This document shows positions 1-41,557 of a DNA stretch of 64,000 nucleotides, one piece after another. This DNA is from Macrostomum lignano (lineage: Eukaryota): positions 62,001 through 126,000 of the forward strand of contig NIVC01001981.1 of assembly GCA_002269645.1 (NCBI GenBank). Direction: 5' to 3'. The position numbers and the translations under genes are program-made. The notes under the pieces were generated by a model, which was not told where the DNA came from, ran no database searches, and was given only the letters and a program-made list of their open reading frames with translations. Each line of letters starts with the position of its first letter. The first letter of the stretch is position 1.

Positions 1-67
1 GGCGTTCTGTCCCCAGAATCTTCTGGTCGAATCGAGTGCAGGTCTTTGTGGGCGCATTTCTCAGCCC

Positions 68-1570
68 CCCACATCCTCATAATCCCACAGCCTCATAATC
101 CCACAGCCTCATAATCCCACAGCCTCATCACCCCACAGCCTCATAATCCCACATCCTCATAATCCCACAGCCTTATAATCCCACAGCCTCATAATCCCAC
201 AGCCTCATAATCCCACAGCCTCATAATCCCACAGCCTCATAATCCCACATCCTCATAATCCCACAGCCTCATAATCCCACAGCCTCATAATCCCACATCC
301 TCATAATCCCACAGCCTCATAATCCCACATCCTCATAATCCCACAGCCTCATAATCCCACATCCTCATAATCCCACAGCCTTATAATCCCACAGCCTCAT
401 AATCCCACAGCCTCATAATCCCACAGCCTCATAATCCCACATCCTCATAATCCCACAGCCTCATAATCCCACAGCCTCATAATCCCACATCCTCATAATC
501 CCACAGCCTCATAATCCCACATCCTCATAATCCCACATCCTCATAATCCCACAGCCTCATAATCCCACAGCCTCATAATCCCACATCCTCATAATCCCAC
601 ATCCTCATAATCCCACAGCCTCATAATCCCACATCCTCATAATCCCACAGCCTCATAATCCCACATCCTCATAATCCCACAGCCTCATAATCCCACAGCC
701 TCATAATCCCACATCCTCATAATCCCACAGCCTCATAATCCCACATCCTCATAATCCCACAGCCTCATAATCCCACAGCCTCATAATCCCACATCCTCAT
801 AATCCCACATCCTCATAATCCCACAGCCTCATAATCCCACATCCTCATAATCCCACAGCCTCATAATCCCACAGCCTCATAATCCCACAGCCTCATAATC
901 CCACATCCTCATAATCCCACAGCCTCATAATCCCACATCCTCATAATCCCACAGCCTTATAATCCCACAGCCTCATAATCCCACAGCCTCATAATCCCAC
1001 AGCCTCATAATCCCACATCCTCATAATCCCACAGCCTCATAATCCCACAGCCTCATAATCCCACATCCTCATAATCCCACAGCCTCATAATCCCACATCC
1101 TCATAATCCCACATCCTCATAATCCCACAGCCTCATAATCCCACAGCCTCATAATCCCACATCCTCATAATCCCACATCCTCATAATCCCACAGCCTCAT
1201 AATCCCACATCCTCATAATCCCACAGCCTCATAATCCCACAGCCTCATAATCCCACAGCCTCATAATCCCACAGCCTCATAATCCCACATCCTCATAATC
1301 CCACAGCCTCATAATCCCACATCCTCATAATCCCACATCCTCATAATCCCACAGCCTCATAATCCCACAGCCTCATCATCCCACATCCTCATAATCCCAC
1401 AGCCTCATAATCCCACAGCCTCATAATCCCACAGCCTCATAATCCCACATCCTCATAATCCCACAGCCTCATCATCCCACATCCTCATAATCCCACATCC
1501 TCATAATCCCACAGCCTCATAATCCCACAGCCTCATCATCCCACATCCTCATAATCCCACAGCCTCATCA
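68..1570. repeat. 16-bp minisatellite (CCACAGCCTCATAATC / CCACATCCTCATAATC)
   Basis: Direct inspection; roughly 90 copies. Confidence 0.95.
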
Positions 1571-1923
1571 TGCTGTACTAATCTGGAAATTAGGAAATTC
1601 TGAAATCTTTAAGCTCGTCTGATGGCTGCGTGACGGATAAAAAATAGCAAAAAGAAGCAGAGAACGAAACCCGGAAATTTAATGACAAATAGTATAAATT
1701 TGTTATACTGTGTTGCACCAATTTTCGCCTAACTTACTTTATTTGGAAGAAGAGTGAGAGAGGCTCGATCGTCTTTACTAATTAGTGGCGTTTTTTTATT
1801 TTTATTAGCTATCTGTTATTGACTGTTCCTAATAAATAGATAGCTTGCTAGCTATTTATTAGGTAATATTTATCACATAATTAATAATTAACCTAATTAA
1901 AACTATACTATTTGTATATATCT

Positions 1924-2212
1924 AGGGGGTTGTAGCCCAGTGGTTAAAGGGTCACGACTGGAAGGTCGGGGGCTCGATTCTCGACCCACCTGGAACAATT
2001 TGTGTCCTTGACCAATACACTTAACTCTGCAATTGCTTCAGCTCACCCAGCTGTAAAATGGGTGCCAACATTAGCTGGGGTAATTGAAGGTTGTGTGGCG
2101 ACCCCCCGGTCCTTGGACTGTACAGCCGTATGCAGCCTTCAGATGCGCCGCGCAATAGCTGCGGCTGAGCTGTCGGTTGCACATCTGGCCATTAAGGCAG
2201 GTGTAGTCAATT
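1924..2212 (+). mobile_element. tRNA-derived SINE with CORE-like central domain
   Basis: A-box TAGCCCAGTGG (1933-1943) and B-box-like GGCTCGATTC (1971-1980), followed by TGTGTCCTTGACCAATACACTTAAC...CCCAGCTGTAAAATGGG resembling the CORE domain. A second copy lies at 3061-3273. Confidence 0.75.
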
Positions 2213-3060
2213 TAGATTCTTTTAACTTCTATATTTGTATTTTTAATAGAAATCTGGGACAGCCAGCCCCAGCTCATGGCCAGTGCCTGGATCAGACACT
2301 CCATCCATCACTTCATCCTCAATCAATTTGTCGAAATCCCAATATGCAATACAGCATATGTTTATAGCATCGACATAGACAGGAAATTCTCCTCAAGGGA
2401 GCCGTGAGTTACGTAACCAATGACCAATATAGGTTTTTTTTGGGGGGGGGGGTAAGAGCCGCCCTCTTGAGGACCGCAAATGGAGCTCAGATCTGCAGCA
2501 GCACTCTCTATTCGTGTATACGTACCTGACCCACTCATCCCGTAGTTGCGTGTTCGGCGGTATTATGACTGTGAGAATGAAGCATCTGACATCAGCATAT
2601 ATATTAAATGCCAGCTCTCATTGTGTGTGGCTTATAGCTTCGCTAATATTCATATTTATATCGCTAGCAGAAGCAGAGATCGAAAAGAGGAAATGAAACC
2701 ACAACCTCTTATTGGGTTACATCTTCTCCTGTAAGTCGTAAAATTTCATTCCGAATGCTGCAGACTCTCTTCTACTGTGATGATGGTGATGACAAACCCA
2801 AACATCTGGACCAGTTTTCGGTTACAAATCGGTGTGCCCAGAAATTGTCCAGAAATCAGGTGCCGCCAGTAGATTGAGACAGAACGGGTTTTAACAAATT
2901 TTATCAATCAATTTCGATGCGGACCTCTCTGACTACAAAATCGAAGTTCATTTGGAGTTACAAAGATATGTTTGAGACTTCAAGCGTCATTATGGAATAA
3001 GAATGATTCAAAATTTAAATAAAATTATTACGAGTGTTATCTACTTTAACTGAATTTAAT

Positions 3061-3273
3061 AATTGACTACACCTGCCTTAATGGGCAGATGTGCAACCGA
3101 CAGCTCAGCCGCAGCCATTGCGCGGCGCATCTGAAGGCTGCGTACGACTGTTCAGTCCAAGGACTGCGGGGGTCGCCCACACACCCTCAATTACCCCAGC
3201 TAATGCTGGCATCCATTTTACAGCTGGGTGAACTGAAGCAATGCAGAGTTAAGTGTCTTGCTCAAGGACACAA
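3061..3273 (-). mobile_element. 5'-truncated copy of the same SINE, inverted
   Basis: The reverse complement aligns by eye to 2000-2211 with few differences; the tRNA head is absent. Confidence 0.8.
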
Positions 3274-3689
3274 TCAACATATAATCTACTTTGCAGCTTC
3301 CCAGTCCACGCTGCTACTTAATTTAGTAGTCCATGACTCAGCTGGGTTATGAAGCAGCAATCGTTACTTGTTGAAGTAGGTATCGAATTCCAAGAAAAGC
3401 CCACGAACGAAGGGGTAAGGGTGGGGGGTTTCCTGACTCCAACCTCTTCTAGCTGAAAGTCGTGTGTACACGGAAATTCTGCTACAATCAAGAATTCCGG
3501 CGTTTTGCCAACTGCAACAGGCATATAGTTCGTAAGCTATGCTCGAAGCAATTAAGTCCAAGTCCAAGTAGCTTGCTCAGTTTTAGGGCCAGAAATTATA
3601 GCCTTAGGAGGTTAATTAGTGCTTTGTCTGCTCAGATGATCGTCTTGTGAGCAATTAACTGCCGCGATTTGCCCTGTGTACCTCTTAGT

Positions 3690-3770
3690 TTCTCTGTTTC
3701 TCTCTCTGTTTATCTCTCTGGTTCTCTCTGTTTATCTCTCTGTTTATCTCTCTGTTTATCTCTTTATCTC
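3690..3770. repeat. Short 12-bp tandem repeat (CTCTCTGTTTAT)
   Basis: Direct inspection. Confidence 0.8.
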
Positions 3771-4167
3771 CCCGTATGCAAGTAAAATACATAATCATAT
3801 TCATATTTTTACAACAGGTCCAAACACACAGACACGAATTTCTTGATTAAATATACGAGCTACGTAGTTTGAAAGCTCTACAAGATTCACCTACTTGTTT
3901 AACTTGGAACTCAGAACCCACTTACCCAATCATGTAATTAAAGGTACTTGAGTGATTTCGCCTGAATAAGTTCGATTACAACTACTTTTTGCACTTCCTT
4001 CTATTTTCCATTCCAGATTTCCTCACTGAGAGGTCTTTCCTTAGGTGAGGAATGTCTTCAAAATTTTAATTGTTCTTCTAAGTGGTTTTTACAAGCGGGC
4101 AAAAAATTTTGGCAGACAACTTCTTTCTTAATTAGCATCTCTTTTGCCTGTTATAAATGCTCATTAT

Positions 4168-4462
4168 AGCTGTTTACCTGTAATCTATGAGTCTGTTTAC
4201 CTGTTTTCTCTGAGTCTGTTTATTAGTAATCTATGAGTCTGTTTATTAGTAATCTATGAGTCTGTTTATTAGTAATCTCTGAGTCTGTTTATTAGTAATC
4301 TATGAGTCTGTTTATTAGTAATCTATGAGTCTGTTTGTCTGTTTATTTGTAATCTATGAGTCTGTTTATTAGTAATCTATGAGTCTGTTTATTTGTAATC
4401 TATGAGTCTGTTTATCTACAATCGCTGAGTCTGTTTACCTACAATCGCTGAGTCTGTTTACC
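4168..4462. repeat. 23-bp minisatellite (TCTGTTTATTAGTAATCTATGAG)
   Basis: Direct inspection. Confidence 0.9.
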
Positions 4463-5041
4463 CAGCCAACTCCACTCTAATTTACTCACCCTACTGCTGG
4501 CACTCCTGGCCATCAGATCCTCGGCAAAGGCCTGAAGGCAGTTGGCGGCAACTTGGCCCTGCGCCAAGGTGAGGTGAGACGGCCAGGTTGGCGAAGAGCC
4601 CCTGCGTTCCAGAGCGAAGCAGCCGCTCCTCGAAGCAATTAGCACAAAAAGAATAAAGAAAAAGCAAAATGTTGGCATACTTCAGTGGATACTCTATGCT
4701 TCAGGGATGTCCAGTATAATAAAAAGCTCAAATCATAGCAGGCAGTTCCCTTCTTTAGTGTAATTCTCTGCCATCCTCTTTCAGCTCTCGACTGTGGAAA
4801 GCTTTTTTACAGCCGGCCTCTCCGACCTGTCCCTGCAGAAATCCCCCCCCTCTCCCAGCCTCGTCACCCAATGAGGCCGCAGATTTCAATGCAGGCCGAT
4901 TCTGATTGGCCAACAAGAAACTGCTAGTAAATTAAAGATTTTTTATAAGAATACAATCATCTTTTAACATTGATTTTGTGTTCGTTACAATTACCTAGCT
5001 ATATGATTTTGGATTTTCAATTGTAGCTATTGCTTTTTGAG

Positions 5042-5475
5042 GGATATTTGCTATTTGGGGGATGCTTGCCATTTGGGGGATGCTTGCTATCTGGGGGATG
5101 CTTGCCATCTGCAGGATGCTTGCTATCTGCAGGATGCTTGCTATCTGCAGGATGCTTGCTATCTGGGGGATGCTTGCTATCTGCAGGATGCTTGCTATCT
5201 GGGGGATGCTTGCTGTCTGGGGGATGCTTGCTATCTGGGGGGATGCTTGCTATCTGGGGGGATGCTTGCTATCTGGGGGATGCTTGCTATCTGGGGGATG
5301 CTTGCTATCTGGGGGATGCTTGCTATCTGGGGGATGCTTGCTATCTGGGTGATGCTTGCTATCTGGGGGAGTGCTTATTGTCTGGGGTTGCTTATTGTCT
5401 GGGGTTGCTTGCTATCTGGGGGATGCTTGCTGTTTGGGGGATGCTTGCTATCGCGGAACGCTTGCTATCTGGGGT
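5042..5475. repeat. 18-19-bp minisatellite (GGGATGCTTGCTATCTGG)
   Basis: Direct inspection; explains the LGDACY/MLAIWG ORFs. Confidence 0.9.
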
Positions 5476-6231
5476 GCTTTCTATTTAGAGGAGATGCCTG
5501 CTATCTCTGTGAAGGCTTTATTTTATTGTGTCCTGTTGTTTCTTTTAGAAAAGAGATTAATAGCAAACATCTTTGACCGCAACAATTTTACTCGAATAAG
5601 TGATTTTTAAAAGGGAATTATGAATTGGTTCTTAAGAAAATTTAAGATAAGAAGAAGAAATAAGTGTACATGCTTGATAATTAGAAAGTAGGGGGCTGCG
5701 GGACCATGTCGCAGAGAGGACCCAGACCCGCAGCCCTCTTGAAAATAGTTAATTTTTTTAATTATTCCGGCAGACGCGCGCGCCAACTTTTAATGTCGAA
5801 ATCTTGACGACGCTTTCATGGACCAGAGTCACCAGACCCAATTCGTATGCAGAAAGTTTTTAATTTAATGCGCTAACAGCAGCCAGTGGTGACTCACTCA
5901 GCACTAAAAGCAGCAAAGTGAATCTCTATACCTCAGCATTGGGCAGCCAGCATCCAAGCAACTGAAACGTCGGACACAAAGACATCCAATAGTAGGCGTG
6001 ACAAAGACGACCAGACACTTAAATTTACAACTTGCAACACTTCTACTCTGGGCATGGGCCAAATAATAAAAGTTGTTAAAAAGCGCGCTGAAGTGGATTG
6101 AGAGCCGTGATGAAGAGCCGGGGCCAAAGAAGTGAAATTCATAAAAAAATTTCGACCCAGTTTTTGGAACAGGGAACCCCTGCCAGGGAGACCCACAAGC
6201 AGAGTCTGGACTGTTGTTCGAACAGACAGAG

Positions 6232-7358
6232 GCCGCCCACGCCCACCAAGAGCCAGGGGCGCCCACCAAGAGAGACAGGGGCGCCCACCAAGAGACAGGG
6301 GCGCCCACCAAGAGACAGGGGCGCCCACCAAGAGAGACAGGGGCGCCCACCAAGAGACAGGGGCGCCCACCAAGAGACAGGGGCGCCCACCAAGAGACAG
6401 GGGCGCCCACCAAGAGACAGGGGCGCCCACCAAGAGACAGGGGCGCCCACCGAGAGACAGGGGCGCCCACCAAGAGAGACAGGGGCGCCCACCAAGAGAC
6501 AGGGGCGCCCACCAAGAGAGACAGGGGCGCCCACCAAGAGACAGGGGCGCCCACCAAGAGAGACAGGGGCGCCCACCAAGAGACAGGGGCGCCCACCAAG
6601 AGACAGGGGCGCCCACCAAGAGAGATAGGGGCGCCCACCAAGAGAGACAGGGGCGCCCACCAAGATAGACAGGGGCACTCACCAAGAGACAGGGGCGCCC
6701 GCAAGAGACAGAGGCGCCCAGCAAGAGACAGGGGCGCCCACCAAGAGGAGACAGGGGCGCCCACCAAGAGACAGGGGCGCCCACCGAGAGACAGGGGCGC
6801 CCACCAAGAGACAGGGGCGCCCACCAAGAGGAGACAGGGGCGCCCACCAAGAGACAGGGGCGCCCACCAAGAGACAGGGGCGCCCACCAAGAGAGACAGG
6901 AGCGCCCACCAAGAGACAGGGGCGCCCACCAAGAAACTGGAGCGCCACAACAAGAGACAGGAGCGCCACCCACCAAGAGACAGGAGCGCCACCCACCAAG
7001 AGACAGGGGCGCCCACCAAGAAACTGGAGCGCCACAACAAGAGACAGGAGCGCCACCCACCAAGAAACTGGAGCGCCACACCAAGAGACAGGAGCGCCAC
7101 CCACCAAGAAACTGGAGCGCCACAACAAGAGACAGGAGCGCCACCCACCAAGAAACTGGAGCGCCACAACAAGAGACAGGAGCGCCACCCACCAAGAAAC
7201 TGGAGCGCCACACCAAGAGACAGGAGCGCCACCCACCAAGAGACAGGAGCGCCACACCAAGAGACAGGAGCGCCACCCACTAAGAGACAGGGGCGCCCAC
7301 GAAGAGAGAGGGGCGCCCACGAAGAGAGACAGGGGCGCCCGCAAGAGACAGGGGCGCC
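6232..7358. repeat. 20-22-bp GC-rich minisatellite (CCACCAAGAGACAGGGGCGC) grading into a composite higher-order unit
   Basis: Direct inspection; explains ORFs at 5904-7413. Confidence 0.92.
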
Positions 7359-7904
7359 AACTTTCTTCCAACTAGACCAAAATGTAGAACTCCTATACCA
7401 AAACCAATTTTGAGTACAGGCCTATTGGTTCAAATTTTCGTGTGGAAAACCGCAGTCATGCAGACGACGAATCGTCACTCCAAGTCAGCCGATTCTGCAG
7501 GATCTCCCTGGCCCTCGCGCCGCCGAAGATGAAAAATTTTCAATTACGGAGTTTCAGCCAGGCACCCCGCTGAGCGCCCCCCCCCACGCGCAGGCAGCTC
7601 TTATTATCCGCAGTCTCAATTAAGCAAATGTGACAGCGCGGATTCCTCTCTGCCTCAAAATATTCTGGCAAGCATTTTCTAGACTGACCCCAGTGCCCCA
7701 GCCATAAGTCGGCACGCGAACCCTCCAGCCAACGCATGGTCTGGAAGTTGCTGATCAGAGAGAGTCGGAGAGATGGGGAGTGGGGACAGTAAGTGGCGGA
7801 CCAGGCTGACCCAAACCGTGTGACGTGTGAAAAATAAATGCAATGAGCTGCTCATTAACTTCCTGCACCATTGCAGATCTACTTGGCTGTGCTTCAGGCT
7901 CTGT

Positions 7905-8082
7905 CAGTCTCCCCTCTCCCTCTCACGCTCCCCTCTCTCTCAGTCTCACTCTCCCTCTACCCTCTTCTCCCTCTTACTCTCCCATCTCCCTCAGTCTCAC
8001 TCTCCCATCTCCCTCAGTCTCACTCTCCCATCTCCCTCTCCCTCAGTCTCCCTCTCTCATCTCCCTTTCTCTCACTCTCCCA

Positions 8083-8173
<91 letters not shown>

Positions 8174-8787
8174 CTCACTCTCTTATCTCCCTCTCCCTCA
8201 ATCTCACTCTCCCATCTTCTTCTCCCTCAGTCTCACTCTCCCATCTCCCTTTCTCTCAGTCTCAGTCTCCCATCTCCCCCTCCCTCAGTCTCACTCTCCA
8301 TCTCCCTCTCCCTCAGTCTCACTCTCCATCTCCCTCTCCCTCAGTCTCACTCTCCATCTCCCTATCCCTCAGTCTCACTCTCCTTCTCCCTCTCCCTCAG
8401 TCTCACTCTCCATCTCCCTCTCCCTCAGTCTCACTCTCCATCTCCCTCTCCCTCAGTCTCACTCTCCATCTCCCTCTCGCTCAGTCTCACTCTCCCTCTC
8501 CCTCAGTCTCACTCTCCTTCTCCCTCTGTCTCACTCTCCCTCTCCCTCAGTCTCACTCTCCCTCTCCCTCAGTCTCAGTCTCCCATCTCCCTCAGTCTCA
8601 CTCTCACTCTCCCTCAGTCTCACTCTCCCTCTCCCTCAGTCTCAGTCTCCCATCTCCCTCAATCTCACTCTCCCATCTTCTTCTCCCTCAGTCTCACTCT
8701 CCCATCTCCCTTTCTCTCAGTCTCACTCTCCCATCTCCCTCTCCCTCTCCCTCAGTCTCACTCTCCCATCTCCCTCTCCCTCCCACT
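7905..8787. repeat. CT-rich degenerate repeat (CTCAGTCTCACTCTCC...) with a pure (CT)n core near 8088-8170
   Basis: Direct inspection. Confidence 0.9.
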
Positions 8788-9065
8788 CACAACTTCAAGC
8801 AAAAAAACTTCAAAACGGAACTGGGAGTCAAGATCAGTGAAGAAAAGAGCAAGAACCCAGCAACACAGCATAAAGTTTCATAGCAGATGACGGCAATGCG
8901 CTGTGGCTATATAATCAATAGTTAACAGAAGACATAAGCATCATTCAAATTTATTAAACTGAAAAAAACTTGAATCTTACACAAGCAAGTCAGTCGCAGG
9001 CACTTGAGTTGACAAATAAATAAATAAACAACAAGCAAGCAAACTTGCCAAGATGAAGGTACAAA

Positions 9066-9098
9066 GTGTGTGTGTGTGTGTGTGTGTGTGTTTGTGTG
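9066..9098. repeat. (TG)n microsatellite
   Basis: Direct inspection. Confidence 0.85.
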
Positions 9099-9719
9099 TA
9101 ATAACTGGGCTGGCACAAACTCATTTGAATACAGAATTTAAGCTAATACGTCATAAAAAAAACAAAAATGGTGCTGGATATTTCTGGCGATATTTGAAAT
9201 TTTGAAACCCGCAGGCGTAAACATTTATTATAACAAAAATACAAAAAATCAATATTTAAACTACAGTAAAAATGACAACTATAACGGCACAGCAAGCTGA
9301 TGATGACAGCAACAGCTCATAAAATAATTATTTTATTTAATAAATCACAAGTCAAAGATAATATCTTGGTTGCACTGCGATGGAATGTAAGAACGGTTAG
9401 TCAAATAAAAAAATCAGCACACAGCCAAATGAGATTCTCTTTTCAAATTTAAACTGGTGCCAAAAAGTGCACAATAGAAGCATTATTAAAAAACGCATAA
9501 AGCAACAAAATGTGTTTAAAAATGTAGTTAGCTGTTTCAATAAAAATTTCTGCCACCAAAAGCAAAGCATAAGCAGAAATTTGGAATCCATCAGCTGCAG
9601 TCAGTGCACTTTTATATTTACAATACAAGTAGGGATCAGAGCTTCCATGGGATTTAAAACTTAACCTGCTAGTTGGATTGACCAAACAATTTTGGGACAT
9701 TTTTTGCCGAACTTAAAAC

Positions 9720-11329
9720 AACCAGAATGGGATAATTATCCCAAAAATCCCCTCCCCCAATCAGAATGAGATTATTATCCCAAAATCCCCTCTTTTAATC
9801 AGAATGGGTTAATTATTTTGAAATCCCGTCTTTTAATCAGAATGGGATAGTTATCCTAAAAATCCCCTCCCACATTCAGAATGGGATAATTATCCAGAAA
9901 TCCCCTCCGACATTCAGAATGGGATAACTATCCCAGAAATCCCCTCCCACATTCAGAATGGGATAATTATCCCAGAAATCCCCTCCACATTCAGAATGGG
10001 ATAATTATCCCAGAAATCCCCTCCCACATTCAGAATGGGATAACTATCCCAGAAATCCCCTCCCACATTCAGAATGGGATAACTATCCCAGAAATCCCCT
10101 CCACATTCAGAATGGGATAATTATCCCAGAAATCCCCTCCGACATTCAGAATGGGATAACTATCCCAGAAATCCCCTCCCACATTCAGAATGGGATAATT
10201 ATCCCAGAAATCCCCTCCACATTCAGAATGGGATAATTATCCCAGAAATCCCCTCCCACATTCAGAATGGGATAACTATCCCAGAAATCCCCTCCCACAT
10301 TCAGAATGGGATAACTATCCCAGAAATACCCTCCCACATTCAGAATGGGATAATTATCCAGAAATCCCCTCCACATTCAGAATGGGATAACTATCCCAGA
10401 AATCCCCTCCCACATTCAGAATGGGATAATTATCCCAGAAATCCCCTCCACATTCAGAATGGGATAACTATCCCAGAAATCCCCTCCCACATTCAGAATG
10501 GGATAACTATCCCAGAAATCCCCTCCCACATTCAGAATGGGATAATTATCCCAGAAATCCCCTCCCACATTCAGAATGGGATAATTATCCCAGAAATCCC
10601 CTCCGACATTCAGAATGGGATAACTATCCCAGAAATCCCCTCCCACATTCAAAATGGGATAACTATCCCAGAAATCCCCTCCGACATTCAGAATGGGATA
10701 ACTATCCCAGAAATCCCCTCCCACATTCAGAATGGGATAATTATCCCAGAAATCCCCTCCACATTCAGAATGGGATAACTATCACAGAAATCCCCTCCCA
10801 CATTCAGAATGGGATAACTATCCCAGAAATACCCTCCCACATTCAGAATGGGATAATTATCCCAGAAATCCCCTCCACATTCAGAATGGGATAATTATCC
10901 CAGAAATCCCCTCCCACATTCAGAATGGGATAACTATCCCAGAAATCCCCTCCCACATTCAGAATGGGATAATCATCCTAAAAATCCCCTCCCACATTCA
11001 GAATGGGATAATTATCCCAGAAATCCCCTCCCACATTCAGAATGGGATAACTATCCAGAAATCCCCTCCACATTCAGAATGGGATAACTATCCCAGAAAT
11101 CCCCTCCCACATTCAGAATGGGATAACTATCCCAGAAATCCCCATCCCACAATCAGAATGGGATAATTATCCCAGAAATCCCCTCCCACATTCAGAATGG
11201 GATAATTATCCCAGAAATCCCCTCCCACATTCAGAATGGGATAATTATCCCAGAAATCCCCTCCGACATTCAGAATGGGATAACTATCCAGAAATCCCCT
11301 CCCACATTCAGAATGGGATAACTATCCCA
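9720..11329. repeat. 38-39-bp minisatellite (CATTCAGAATGGGATAACTATCCCAGAAATCCCCTCCCA)
   Basis: Direct inspection; each unit contains the internal inverted repeat GGGATA...TATCCC. Confidence 0.95.
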
Positions 11330-11672
11330 AACACTGGAATACATAAAGGAAAACAGCTCCACAACTAAGTATAAATGGGAAGATCCAATCAAAAGAAGCA
11401 ATATTAGTAGCCGGAATGCACAGAGTTGACGCAAAACAATGGTTTGAAATAACACGCACGGAATGTGTAAACTGACAAGCAAACATTTTTAATAGATAAT
11501 AAATAATATAATGATAATAAAACACTTACTATTAGCTAATCTGTCAATGAGTTTATCTCTCACAGATTTCAAGGAAATCATTGGCTCAAGACGTTGTTGG
11601 CATAGACGTGACGCATTCAAAAAACTACAAAATTAATTTAAAAGTCTGAATTGTTATTAATTACGGTTAACT

Positions 11673-40113
<28,441 letters not shown>

Positions 40114-41214
40114 GCTTGCTGGCGCTTGACTTCTAGATTTTTTTCTAAATCTTTTAAATAATCTTTAATAGGTGACTGCCAGACAGATGGTCGCCTGTAA
40201 AAAAACAGCGATAAGAAGATGTTTTGGAATAAAAATATGTTTTTTGCCAATAATTTTAAAATTCAATGGTGACAAAATATCTATCTAGCCGGCACACAAG
40301 GGCGGTCCGGTCTCTCGAGTGTAGGCGTTCACAAAATCTGGGTGTGTTGCAGAAAATTTGAAAAAGAAAAAGAGAGAATATAAGGACAGAATTCTGAATG
40401 AGAGTCTGAGAACTAAGTTGGCACAGCCTCACAGCTCAATGACCAATATGCCAGAATACCAGTGTACTCTGCACTGCCGTTGCGGGGGGTAGAAATGGGG
40501 GACGGGGTAGACAGAGGGAGAGAGAGAGAGAGAGAAAAGAAAAGGGCGAGTCGAAAGAATTGATATAACAAAATATGAAAACGTTTCTTAACAATTCAGC
40601 ATTGTAAGAGCCGAGTGCAGAGCTGAAACCGGCCATATAAGCTTTGCATTCACTCTGTGCTCACCGAGTAGCTCACATAAATAAGTATAGATCGCAGAGT
40701 ATGCTCCACAACTGGACTCAGAGCACAGCCTTGGATTTTCTGCACGCCCAATTCTCTCACACACTGAGCAATGCAGCAGAGGCCCTTCAAGCCTTCAGCT
40801 CAGCAATACAATTTAACGAACATTCTTCTACAAGAAGCAGCGCGTATTAAGAGTTAAACCGCCACCGCCTCACTCCATTTTTTCTAACCCATGCTGAGGG
40901 CCGCAGCGGTCTCTCACGGCTAATGTGTGTGCGTATTTAACGCACTTTTGCATTAAGAACAGCTCGAAGAAAAATCTCGACAAAAGAAAAATAGTTTTGA
41001 GCAAGTGATCCGAAATGCAGTTTTCAATCATGTTCGAAGTTTTAAAATATATGCTCAAATTCACAATTTTTCAACACAGACGAATCAAGTACATCTGCAT
41101 TAAACAGATTAGCATCAGTAAATTTGCAGAACAAGTGACATCATTATCTAGAACAGTAGTCGGCAAAACTTTTTTACTTCAAGGGCCAGATAGAGAGCCT
41201 AGCGCATGACTGCG

Positions 41215-41445
41215 GGTTAGAGAACGGGAGAGAGGAGACTCAGGAGAGGGAACAGAGATTAGAGAGTAGAGATAGGAGAAAGGAGAGGTGAGAGAATAAA
41301 TGAGAAGTAAGGAGACGAGAGTAGGGGGGGGGAAGAAGAGAGGAAAGGAGTGGAGATAAGAGAAAGGAGAAGGGAGAAAAGACAAGAGAGAGGAGAGAAG
41401 AGAAAGAAGAGAGGAGATTAGAGAGAAGAGAGCTGAGAAGAGACG
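41215..41445. repeat. GA-rich low-complexity tract
   Basis: Direct inspection. Confidence 0.75.
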
Positions 41446-41557
41446 CAAACCCTAAGTGAACCAGATTGCCATTGTGAAGTTTTAAAGAAAACGATAGTCA
41501 TAGAAGCTGATGAGGTCTGGTTTACCGACACCTTTAACACCTTGGCTTGGCTTCTTC

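Noticed and set aside
5691-5738. 10-bp GC-rich inverted repeat (GGGCTGCGGG...CCCGCAGCCC)
   Set aside because: A single small hairpin with no second copy, TIR partner or TSD to support a mobile element.
5030-8890. Long ORFs of 150-458 aa on both strands
   Set aside because: They are translations of the 18-bp, 20-bp and CT-rich tandem repeats, with no unique coding sequence.
9600-9650. Minus-strand ATG GAA GCT CTG ATC CCT (MEALIP), like the N-terminus of dynamin-like DRP1
   Set aside because: The frame stops after 15 codons and no following INKLQD or GTPase exons are visible; treated as coincidence.
40180-40200. Acceptor followed by GCGACCATCTG resembling the start of MYO7A exon 2 (GDH)
   Set aside because: Similarity is only a few bases and the frame stops quickly; not an exon duplicate.
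40905-40925. CGGTCTCTCAC, reminiscent of the start of a Macrostomum spliced-leader sequence as recalled
   Set aside because: The match is too short, with no AUG|GU donor or Sm site; not an SL RNA gene.
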